Source of the DNA: Trichoplax sp. H2 | Taxonomy: Eukaryota | Direction of reading: 5' to 3' | DNA length: 64,000 bases | NCBI GenBank assembly: GCA_003344405.1 | Contig: NOWV01000280.1 | Location: 1-64,000 of the forward strand | Shown: positions 28,835 to 41,200 of the stretch, piece after piece | Layout: the number at the start of each line of letters is the position of its first letter | How positions within the stretch are numbered: position 1 is the first letter of the stretch | Position numbers and translations under genes: made by a program | Notes under the pieces: generated by a model | Database searches by the model: none | Seen by the model: only the letters and a program-made list of their open reading frames with translations | Told to the model about the DNA's origin: nothing

Positions 28835-29528
28835 CGATAGGCATAGCGGCGCAGTTTGAAGGGTTAAAATCATGAGTTCATTGCCCGCCACCATGCTATC
28901 GGTAACTCCTACCTAGCAATATTGATCCAGGGTTAAAAGACACTCATTCAATTCTATGATGGAGATAGGCGACAGCTCCAAACATTTTTTTGGAGTTGTG
29001 GCTTGCTTTAGACCGGAGATGGTTAAACACCTGGAATCTCCGCTGTAAACTATACACTATGTACCACGGTAACAATGCAATGATATTGGTATACTGTACT
29101 GCACTGGTCTAGACGATACGTAGCCTTTAATTAGGTACTACTTTTCTCGATTTCTTCAGTAGTCTCTGGTAAAAAAAACTGAAAGGAATATTTAGTAGTC
29201 CCTGACTGGCCCAGCTATAATGATGAGTAGTGAAGATATCGATCGATGTCAACATGGCTGGGTCTACTGTACATTGTACTATGTCTATCCATTACAATTT
29301 CCTATATTGTACGATCTATTTTATCGACACTGCAGCTCGACTGTTCTGCTCACTTCTGTACTGTTGTACTGTAGATGCACTCTGGCTTGTAAACGATGAA
29401 GCGGTTCGATCGACTACATATTACATATACATAAACATTATAATGGTTGGCGGCATATTCCAGCCAGGGCTTCAAATAACACGGGTATTATTTGGTAGTC
29501 CATGGCTTTAGGCCATGCAAGAACATAC
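28835..29528 (+). ncRNA. U17/snR30 (SNORA73-type) box H/ACA snoRNA; 3' hairpin 29445-29528 well supported, 5' extent inferred from structure
   Basis: The 3' hairpin reads GC-AUAUUCC (m1-like, 29455-29461), then an upper stem AGCCA/UGGCU, GGGCU/AGUCC, CAAAUAA/UUAUUUG, then AGGCCAU (m2-like, 29510-29516), GCAAGA, and ACA (29523-29525). H-box ANANNA candidates lie at 29418, 29429 and 29435. Many stems lie upstream and no credible spliced ORF covers the region. Confidence 0.7.
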
Positions 29529-30701
29529 AGTACATCAATTTGCACCTGTATATTAAATCATTGAGCTATATTTCTTACTAATTTGCGTTTATTTTAGGCT
29601 ATTAATGATCTTATATCGAGTTATTACAGAGCCTTGTTTGTGATACTTTAGCTGCGTTGTCGTTCTGTTATTGGCTAGCACTACCTAAACATGTTTTAGT
29701 TCGAGTGGATATTCAGTACTTATAAATAGTAATATATCGTATAGTTCGAGAAAATATAGAGTGGAGCTTACGGTCATAGAATAAAGAATAGAAGCACTGA
29801 ATAAGTCTCAACTAAGGAAAGTGTAGTTTCTTTGTTGTGAGGTTTCCCAGTTACAAATCTCGAATTGTAACAAGCACGTTTTACCGTCAGTCCAAAGCAT
29901 GACTGCTCTTACCTAAGGAATGATTTATAATACATCCCTTAGGATGAAGGATTGCCTGATTCGAAGACTTAGCCGTAAAAGTAAGATAGATATATCTAAT
30001 TGCATACTTCGAACTACAAATCCTGGGCGGACTTCTTATCCGAACATTCTAAACAAACCATACGCTGTCTCTCTACGATTTCTACTTCGAATCAATTTCG
30101 GTCACTGTTATTGTCGTCCAATAGTCTATTTGTTGAAGGAGGCACGCTTACCACCTCTTGCTATAGTATAATAGCATAAGCTATTGAAAATGAATCTCTC
30201 TTGAGATGATAACGGTTTGTCGAGACGAACTTCTGCGATGGAACTATGACAATAATGTACTGTACAGTAGAGACCTCATAGAAGGTCTCTAGAGTGTAAA
30301 GTATTGTAATTTGCTTCAAGTTAACCCTAGATCATCCAAAAACACTAACAAGCAACTGTAGCTAGACATGCATAGGAAAATACAAAGTCATTGTCTCATC
30401 ATCAAGATATGCAAACTTACAGATGTGCTATTGCGCCAATCGCGAAATTAAATTTTATTTTTTTACTAAAAATTAGGTAACTTCGTCTCAAGATATCCAG
30501 ACTGTCATAGCCGACTACAAATATGATTAGCTATATAACTATATAGCTATCGGTTATATAATCTTTATCATACACTGATATGTTCATAATTAATAGTGTC
30601 TCCCAATCTTCGTGAATAAAAATGTCTTCGTAGTTGATAAAGTGATAACATTTTATATACAAGACTGTCCACTGTATACAGACATGCAAATACAAATTCA
30701 A

Positions 30702-33700
30702 TTACTGATAGGAATTTGCTCTGTGTTTCGGTAAAAACTGAAAATTCGTAGGTACAGATCCTAGCAGCATTTCACTAAAGATAACGGAGAAATATTGTCA
30801 GGTTATACGACAAATGATAATATCGTTTCAGGTATTATTTTACGCTTTTAGTAGTTAATTATCTATTGAGCAATAGTTAATTAACCTTAATTTAACCCAG
30901 TCAGTGCAATCAGTACTGCTCATCATTGTTTCAAGGTCATTTCGTCCAACATAATACGGTGGCCTATCATTGATACGTTGAGGTACACGTTCTAACACAC
31001 CAATTGGTATATATCTACAGTATAATAAATCCAGCCAGACAATCGAGTTTATACAAACAGAACAGCGTTATGAACTGCAACGTATAGAATATATAAAAAA
31101 ATAGGCAAACCGGTGTAAAAACGATAACCATTCGAGCAAAAATCGACGAGTTTTTTCAACACCCTAAAAAATATAAGACAATTATTACCGTGTTTCACAT
31201 AATGAAATGATATGGCCATAATTTTTAAAAACTGACTAAAGAGTCCGATCCCCAATGCTCTAAACCATAATTGACATATTTTCGGAGAAATTCAAATCGT
31301 TCGTTAGCAGATATATCCCAGTGCCTGTAAAGAATAATTACGTAACTCATAATCTAATCGTTAGAAGTTCCTACTGCCAAGGTACGACAGGCTACCTTCG
31401 TTCTTTAATTTCGGTAAATAGCCATGGTTTAATGAGTGCACCTCTAATTATTTAAGCAAGAATGATATCAATCTAATTCTACCGGTGTTCACGGCAATTA
31501 GGTATCTAACAGATATAGCCATTCATCTGCAAAACACACATCACAAACCTTGCAATCATGACACCTGCAACGTTGGTATTATTCATGTGTTCCAAATAAT
31601 CTTCAAATGATAATATATCTCCGTTTCCTGCAATGTCGACAGATATTTTCCCATTAGGTTAAGAATTTTGAACAGGTGCAACCATCAACTTTTATCCCGC
31701 TGTCGAGCCATAGAAAGCCCATGATAGGAACATGATAGCTACGTATTATAAAATTATTGATACAATATTACCTATTAGAGGCATTGGGTCAGCTGCAGTG
31801 GCACATTCATTAATGTAGCTCCAATCTGCTAATTTCGTGTACCTTTGTTCTCGCGATCGGCCATGCAACTACAGCAAGGATACATACAATATTTAATACT
31901 TCGGTAAATAATAAATACTAAAAACAAGATATCATTACAGTGACGAGTGATGCACCCCATTCTCGAATTTGAGGTATTAACTTATGCGCCGTGGATTTTT
32001 TAGCCAAAATGCCAGTTCGAAGCTTGACAGTAAGAGGTACCGAAAGAATCTGTATGGAATGGTAAAGGATACATTACAGACTGACTATAAAAATCTAATT
32101 CGCTACATAGTGCTAGACAAACGATACGCAAGTTGTTAAGATTAAACAAAGAAATACCTATACTATAATATACAAACATTATATACAGTTAATAAATGGA
32201 GTCAGAATATGTTAACTGGAACGATGATTATTCCCTACATTGTAAGACTTACTGATGACATTCCAGTAACTATTTGCTGTAATTTATTAGCTCTTCCCAT
32301 AAGTGCACTTCCGGCACCCTATATTGAAAAGTCAGCTTTAAGCAAAAACGTGACAGTAAAAAATCGTAATAAACTACGAAATTGTCACCTGATGAAAAAC
32401 TAAATCGATTGGACAACCAAGATTAAGATCAACGAAATCAACATTAACTCGGTCGTTGATGTATTCAGATAGTCGAGCTAGAGTATCAGGCCATGCTCCA
32501 CATACCTAAACAAAAACAAAGAGCAGCAGCTGCATAAGCATACAAAAATATAATATAGTTTCCGTTATAAGTGCAAAAGTAGGAAATTTTCTTTGCAGAG
32601 AAAAAAATGCTAGTAGGACATAAAATGGAATATTTTAAACTTTAGCCAAAAAAATATTAAGCAATCAAGGTCCTTATGACTTCAGTGACAATAAGTATCA
32701 GTTTCTTGCATGGAACAAAAACTTTGCCCAATTAAAATTCTGACTAAACGATTATTGAGTTAAGCATATTAAGTATCAGATAAAAATAATGAGGATAAAA
32801 CTTTTACTTGCTATTAATGCAAGTTGCAGGCAAGAAGCATATCAATAATCTTGGGGGAATACTGCTAGGCTTTTTTACAATAGTATTAGCTTAATTTAAT
32901 CATTTGAAATACAACACTTGGATAGGCCATATTCCTGAGCTAATATAATCGTAATTTCAAATAAATGCGTACAGTTACAATATGAAATACTTTCTAGTAT
33001 ATAGAACAAACCTGAAGACCAAACAGATCCTCCGATTCGTGTCGTTTAACAAGTGCCCACTCCGATTGCTGACCCTGAAATGTGAACATCAGATACATTG
33101 TTAATGTGAAAATAGTAGCTGAAGCCACATAGCCTGCAAGCGTACTATTTCCTTTTTATCCAATTTTATTATATTACCTGAAGTAAGTTAGTACATAATG
33201 CCATTTCACTGCAGGTTACATCAGCACCAAAAGTCTTACATATTCTTCGAAAAGGCAAGTTTCCAACCTAAACAATTTAACACGATCAGTTCCAATATTA
33301 CGTAGATAATTCACTGCTGTGATTGCTAGCATAATATTCACTGTCAATAAACATTAGCTTGACTACAAGACTAGAACAAGCAGAAATAAGTAATATTAAA
33401 AGATTTATTAAGTAAAGAAACTATAGTTGCATAAGTAATAGTATTTCCTAAACTTACGGTGGTTAAAGGGGCAAGAAACAACTTATTTGAAAAATTTATC
33501 TATAAAAGAAGAAAACATTCAGTAACACGTTATAAATTGCTTGTAAATAAGTAATTGAATAAGCAAAACAAACCTGCTTCTTCTCTTCAGGGCGAATGGT
33601 AATAAGGTCTTCATCTGTTAATGTTCCAATAGTTGATCTTCCTTCCGCAGCATCATTCTGAATAGTTAGAAAGATATATAATGATTGAATATAAAACAGA

Positions 33701-34952
33701 AACGGCAATAATCATGTATATGACGTAAAGCATAACCGAATAATAGTGTGGCTATACAAATAGTAGATACAGATTCCTAATTATGTTAATACCAGCTCAG
33801 GACGCCTTTATCAATTTAATTACGCAAGTGAAAAAAGTAAGATACAAAGGGGCTCTTAGAATTAAGAAAACTTTGATCTCGATCGCTATCTGCTGTATAA
33901 CTAATCTATACAAGAACAGGGCATTGTAAACACTTGGAATTACAATTCGTTGAAATTTCTGATGAACACATTGCAAATACAATACAGCGATTTAATCTAC
34001 TTGTATTTTTGCATATTACCAATACTCTAATGCAGCTAAGAACAGCTTGGGTTGTAAACAATAAGTTCAAATTCATGAATAGATCCTAGAAGATGATTTT
34101 GTAATACCTTCATATCGTTCATTGCAGATATAGCTTTAACATAAGCATCGGCTTTAGGAAATTGGATTTTCTTTTTGCGTAAATCTGATAAAGCTTCTTT
34201 GGACATGCAATTTTTCGTTGCACTAGCACGTAAACGCTCCTCATCTATCACATTCTTTTTATTGTTTACATGACTGGATCCGTAGCGACACGCTAAGCCA
34301 TACGGACATTTCCCATAAGCGTCGAAAATGACGCATTTGTCACCTACAGATGCGAAATGATAGCAACCAAGTTGTGATAAAAGAATGACATGATCATATG
34401 TGATATTTGCAGATATTGGAAATATAAGTTTCTTCTCTTATCTTACTGATATCGTTAGAGTTTAGATCAATATTTGGATCATCCAATTCATAAGCTTACA
34501 GACCTACCTAAATCAGGTGGCTTGGATTGCAGAAAAGCATCCACATCATGCAAAAAGCGGCATGAGGTACCAAACTCACAGACTTCATCTGCAATTAGCT
34601 TAGGACATAAGAGTTTTCCTTTCTCAATACTTGTAGTTAAAGGCCGTTTTTTATTTTGACCTCGTTTCCTCTTACGATTTGATCCGTTGTTTTGCTGTGG
34701 CTCATCTTTCTGGAGCTCGGTAGCTTGGGCACTACTGTCAGTGGTCGTACGCGGTGGAGGCCTACATCTTAAAAACCTAAAGTGGAAATGCAATATTAAT
34801 GTCGTATCAATCAACAACTAAAACAGATAAAATCCCAGCAAGTTATCTTACTCGCTCTTAATAGGTGCTACTCCAGGCTCAATGTTAGGATAAGTAGCTG
34901 CGTTTCCACAATCGCTTGATGAGGTTGTAGACTTTCCTTGGACATCATCCAT
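30702..34952 (-). CDS. DUS3L: tRNA-dihydrouridine(47) synthase DUS3-like with N-terminal CCCH zinc fingers
   Basis: ATG at 34952. Spliced exons give [15 protein letters not shown]...[14 protein letters not shown]...[30 protein letters not shown]...[60 protein letters not shown]...[27 protein letters not shown] and a C-terminus [11 protein letters not shown] (stop 30702-30704). Confidence 0.95.
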
Positions 34953-34994
34953 TTCTGCCAGCAATGTCGTCGTTTCAATTGGAGGGTCCTCGCT

Positions 34995-35132
34995 ATACTG
35001 TAGTGCTGTACTGTACATTGTACAGTACACCCTACAGTACACTGTACTGTAGGGTACGCGACAGGATTGTACAGTACAGTACAGTACAGTACAGTACAGT
35101 GCTGTACCCAGTACTGGACCCTAGTACTGGAC
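34995..35132. promoter_or_regulatory. CAGTA pentamer run within the 333-bp divergent DUS3L/TTI1 intergenic region
   Basis: gtacagtacagtacagtacagtacagtacagt (~35069-35100) plus flanking degenerate units lie between the ATGs at 34952 (-) and 35286 (+). Confidence 0.65.
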
Positions 35133-35285
35133 CACAAAACATCTAAAGCTTGGAGCTTGCAAGCAATGAGCAGCTCGGTTGCAAACTAGAAAATTTTCCT
35201 CATTGCTAAGTTAAAATCGCAAAATATTTCAAATTGAAATATAATGAGAGAAGGATAATCTTACTGTGGTTATGCACAAAGTAGA

Positions 35286-38200
35286 ATGGCAGCTCTTCAA
35301 GCCACTTTTCATAAATTCAGACCTGTTTGTATCGCAGTCTTAAATCGGCCAAGCGTTGATAATTTAAGGCAGTTATACCGTCTTGTTGAAGGTGTCGATC
35401 AGGATGATATTAAAATTCTAACCGAATATGTCATCTTCCCTATAAGAGTTATTTTAATGAAGTTCAACTTTGAAGGCAAGCAATTTTGGTAAGTTTAGAG
35501 ATTGATTGTTCTAGTAGATAATTTTGCAAATATTTTTTAGTTCAAGTACATTGTGGTAGGGCAAAAGAGCTCCTTGTGTCAGGGTTTTCTTAACCGATAG
35601 ATTTGCTGATCATTCGACTCTGTAAGGAACCTTGAATGAAAGTCACAGCTGCAAGTTGCGATACTGTTGTTTACAGACTTTGCATACTGTATATATCGAT
35701 GTAGTTATGAAAATAGAACGATAAATACTACATATAAGGCATAAAACAACAATAATAATACTATGCTAATAAAGTATAACTTTTTCTTGCCTTAATAATT
35801 TAGCGACGAAAAAGTCATTGAAGCTGCTCTCGTATGTGCTAAATTAGCATTCACTAAAGTCACCATCGAAAAATTTGATATTCTCAAAGATTTTGTTACA
35901 CAATTGTGCTTAACAATTAATCCTAGTAATAAATCCAATTCCAGCTCTAAAGGGATGCTAGGCATGTCTCTATAAGTAAAGATATTCCATTATCGCTATA
36001 AAAAATATACACATAATACTATGACAGTCACAACGTGTCTAGCAGCTAGTAAATATTTGAAATATTTGGTATCACCACTGTCATTCGACATTCTATCATA
36101 ACTTGTATTGCAATATCATCGACAATTCAGGAATTTGCGAGGAGATTAAGGTGGATGTCGTGGAATGTATTCACTGTGTCGCCGTTGCAACGAACTCAAA
36201 GTATGTTAATTTTATAAGTAATAGTGCCGTAATTCGTATTGATATCCCTACTACTGCATCGTTTTACCTAACCTTTTTTAATTGTATTTACAAACGTGAT
36301 TATGGCAAAATAAACATTGAAACATTGTGACATCACTGATATGGATTGATATTTAGGATTTGGAATCAACTGTACCTTGAAGACGCTATACCAATCTTAG
36401 GCCATTTGATTTCATCTTTATTATTAATGATCGAGAAGGAAAAGTTGATAAAATTAAGACTCACCGCGATTGATTGTTTATTACAAATATCGTTATATAA
36501 TGTCAACGAAGAAATAAAGATGCAGTGTTAGTCCTGTATAAATATGTTGCATTTCACTAAGTCTTATAAAATTTTGTAATGGAACATATGTAAATTGAAT
36601 AGTATGGAAATAACTGAAAATAGCAATCGTAAGAATAGGTTGAGAATGCCGATGAAATTCCGATAAAAATTTTATATTCATTTAGATTCTAAGGATATTT
36701 ATCAGAGAAAGTCTATGTCACATGCACTTTCAATATTCATACCTGGCATATCAACGGCCCTGGGTAAAGTAATTGTTAATACTGCAAATCACTACCAGGT
36801 CAGAATTTATTCTTAGACTCTATTTAATCGAGCTTGAAAATTAAACTGGATAGAGTACTGATATTATTGTTTCTTTCGTTGAACCTGTAGAATGTCGCCG
36901 CTGTAAGTAACTTAGGTTCTACATTTCTTTTTGGCTCAGTATAACTTATTTTAATTTAATAAAGTAGCATAACAAAGATATAATCATTGATATAATCCTA
37001 GCCTGTGATCATCAGCGAAGCCTAATATTTTTATGATGGTGCTATCATACGTGCAATTGCTTTTAGGCTGCTATTCAAGCATTGTCTTTAATAATTTCTC
37101 TTGCTATGGATGATACTTTCTTACCCAACGATAATCAAAAATTATCTTTGGATTCATTTTACAAATTAGTTAAAAGTAAGTTAATGTGAGCCGAATTTAG
37201 TAGTTATTACGTACTGCATTGAGCTATCTGAGATACGTAGCCAGACCGTTAACTGTTACATAATAGATAAAACCCAGGATCCTACATACTTGCAAGCTGA
37301 TAATCGAATTCTACGTCATCCAAAGCGAGACATGGAATGGTTCAAAACCACAAGTAGTAAGTTAAAGACCCTATTATCTCAAATAACTCAACTTATCTCC
37401 TGCCCTAATTTCAAGGTTAGCTCAATAATTTAAAATGATTTAAATTTTATTTTATGACAGAGAATGTGGACAAACAGACTAACTAATCCACATCATTAAT
37501 TTTATTTTAACTATTTAATTTATAGATTCGCCAAGCTTTAGCGAAATTGTCCGCAAGATTACTGTTCACATGTATAAGGTAAACGAAAATACGAGGATGC
37601 TCATTATTTATTCGTATTCCACATTGAAATCTGAGGAACTTGTTCTACTTAAACCTCAGATCTCTTAAAGAGTCATTAGTGATTCTTATGGAAGTTCTAG
37701 TAGCGCTTACTTACGATGAATATGATGAAATAAGAAATTATTGTCAAGATAGATTAGTAAGGCAATATACTTGCAATATCAGTCCAACTTCTGCAATTAA
37801 GAACAGTCATTAATTTCAATTTTTACAGGCACTATTACCGAATCACTTTAGTAAACAGTCAGGTGAACTTTGTTGTCATTAAATTCTTTGATATAATGTG
37901 CTTTCTTCACTTTCTATTCGAAAGATATTTGAAGACTTTTATATAATTTTTTATATTTAGAAGCGATGTCTATGTCGGATTTGCTAGAAGAAAATATAAT
38001 GAACAACATTATAGCTCTACCAAGAATTATAGCAACACCAGGCAATTCATTTTCTTAACTTGTTATTTTGCCTCAATATTTACGTTTTTAACTTTCTTAA
38101 CAGATGACAAAAAACAGTTAATAACAATCAACCTTCTGTGTGGATATTTAATATTGCTGGGTATAAATATTTAACTTCCGTTAAAAATACGATGAATTTT

Positions 38201-41200
38201 CCGATGTAGCAGACAACTGAGCGTTATCATTATTTTTAATAGGTAAAGGTGAACGCTTAAATTCATTCTTAAACTCTCAGAGCCATCTATCACGATTATC
38301 TATGGCATTGATACAAGTTAGTTTTGTTAGACGATACTAATTTCAGTGAATATCTCGTTCAAAGCACTATTCGAGATCATGATTTCGTATTCATCAATAA
38401 ATTTTGTAGATATTAGAACTTCAAAAGCCTACTGTAGGGGTTACCGACATTGGATCAACTTTGCTTGGTAAATGAAAGGATTTATAGATAATAAATACAG
38501 TAAAATGAACATGTATGAACAGATATTTGTTAATATCCTCTATAATAGATGCTATCAATACATCATACGAAAGTTCCGATGACTATCCTAGAAAAAATTT
38601 TAAACATATCCTGTCAGAGGCTGTAGAAACATCCGTTCGAAATCTATGCCGAATAATCGGCCAAAATGGTAAGTTATTTACTGATTATGATATTACTTAT
38701 ATTCTCTAAAATAGTAACAACTTTTCTTAATCTTTTTATATAATTAGGTTGCTTCGATGTACTTGTTGACCATTGCATTAGTCTCTTGAAGGATTCCATT
38801 TCCCATCGAAAGCAAGTGTTACTTATACTAAACGAAATACTGTTAGGAGCTGCATTGGGTAACGACACTTAAACAGAAATGACAGTAATTAATGCATAGC
38901 ATTAAATAAAATCATTTCTTATCTGAAAATAATATTTTTAGGTGTTCAAGGTACAAATGCGCGAAAGGTAAAATTTCACGTCTCATTTTATCAACCATAA
39001 AATATAACTTATATAGTATACTTTGTAAACTAATTCATAAACACACACCAGATAATGATCAGTAATTTATAACGTGCTAATAACTGTATTTATTACGCCT
39101 TTCTCATCTGTAATAACGATTTAATTTCTTTTATGTTAGTATGCTTTTCATAATTCTATCAGGTACGTAAGGAAATTTGCCTATATCCACAACTATTTTG
39201 TTGCTTTGGACAGCTGTCTGTATAAGAATTATTTAGATAAATGATTCTTAATGATAAAAAATTTTTACATTAATACAATTGTGATTCAATTCGATTAAAA
39301 TCTCTCGTTTATCATATAGAGATTATTATTTTAAGATGTTATCAGTGTTTACAGTTCTTGTCTGCTAAAAAATTTATTGCATTACGCTCAAGTGTACTAA
39401 TTTTTCCAATGTATTGCGCTCAGTTATTTGTACTGTCTCATATATTTTCGGCGACTATCTTGTTCGTTTCAATAATATATGTTTAATTAAAATGCAGAAA
39501 TTTACTAATGGAATACTTATCACCGACTTGTTGGATGGTAAGGCAACAACAGTTCCTTGGAGAAGCGGAATTATACGAAAGTATAGAAGATAAACTGCAA
39601 ATTGTAAATAGGCAAACGTATGTCGTAAATGAGGAAAGGTATTCTGGTGCGGTCATGCAATGTCTTTTAATGGAAGGCCTCGCCAACTTAGCTAAGGTAA
39701 ATGTAAGCTTTATAAACGAATCTGTTTTAATTTTCCTAGTTACTTAAATATTAAGTTATTAAATACTTACAAATTTTTCAAATAAGTTCTTTGAAGGCGA
39801 CACTGTATACTATCTCAGACACTGCTTGTATTTGCTATTGGAGAAGTTGGATACTGAGATTATGATAATCAAGTAAAAATGCAAAGCTTGTAACCCTCTG
39901 TACTAGTTTGTTATTGCTGATGTTTGACGAATCTTAAATCTATCTTTTGTACTTGCAGCCGGACTGCTTACATTACACTTACACGAATCTGCAATTCCTT
40001 TGGATATAGGTAATTGCAAGTGCCATATGTTGTTACTGTTTTGATATGCTATTTGCTATAAAATTTAATGAACCTAAACCATCATTATAATTTTCTAGTT
40101 CTATACCAGAAGTGATCGGTGATAATATTGACTACTTAGTTAATGCCATCGCTTTAAATTTAAGAAATGTCAATGAAAATGGACGATCGCTCAAGTAAGT
40201 ATCAACGTTTATGAGTAAAACTATATAAATAAAATTTTTAGTAGTTGATTGAAATAGTGATATGCATTTGCTGCAAATAGTACTTTCTCTAAATTTTGAT
40301 AGGGTATTGAAGGTTGTATTAGAATATGGGTAAGCAAAGTGCTATCGACTATTATATTATAGTAATTATTGGTAAACTTTTCACTGCTATTGAACGAAAT
40401 TTGATTACATACAGAACGAAAGATACTTTACCGATTCTCGAAGATTCTATTCTAGAGGTATAAAAGTCATTTAAATGAGGAATAATTTATTCGGATTATT
40501 GTAAATTTATATATGGAATACGTCGATAATAAGCCTTTTATAATTATTTTATGGAAAGTAGATGTATAATATTCTAGATAATAGTACCGAGCTGTATCCT
40601 TCGGTTATCTCGGTATTATTTTCGATTACGTGTGCGATAAGGCGGTGGTTTATCTCGTCGGAAACGGTTAAAATAATTTAAATAATTAAAAAATGATATA
40701 TCTCAAGTATATTTTAAATTGTTCACCCTATTAATTATATGTACCTTAATGTTACACATTATTGATAAATAGGAAAAAGAAACTGAAAAATATATGTCAG
40801 GTTTGCTGAAAAATAAGTATATAATCGGTATGAATTATACTTTAGCGTACTTTTCGGACTTTAGATGATCGTGTACAAAGTTCAAAGGAAACGCCGAACC
40901 TCGTGGAAAACTTCTTAACAGAGTACTGGAAATTCAAAAATTTAACTGAATCTAATAATGAAGAAAATGAAAATGATGTATTTGAGAGTGCATCTAATGA
41001 TGGTAATATGTTGTAAAATTGTTTCAATATAACATTAATAAAGACTCCCCATTATAGGTTTACGTTAAATTATCAAGATAGATTTATTAATGTTTCTACA
41101 TAAATAAAAATTGAAACTAACTATAAGCCGATGTTTAATCGTTAGAAAATGCCGAAGACGATGTCGAAAAACCGAAATTACTCTACGTACAAATCCTATT

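Noticed and set aside
28535..28875. Tyr/Cys/Thr/Val-rich ORFs here and at 634-861 and 34868-35146
   Set aside because: These are translations of CAGTA/TACTG repeats.
29208..29264. Box C/D snoRNA, hammerhead or SECIS around AATGATGA
   Set aside because: There is no terminal CTGA D box and no CUGAUGA/GAAA hammerhead core. No selenoprotein gene lies upstream on this strand.
28835..29528. Telomerase RNA (large structured RNA with a 3' H/ACA domain)
   Set aside because: There is no CUAACCCU-type template on the + strand in this RNA. The GGGTTA motifs are in the wrong orientation, and the m1/m2 motifs fit U17/snR30 better.
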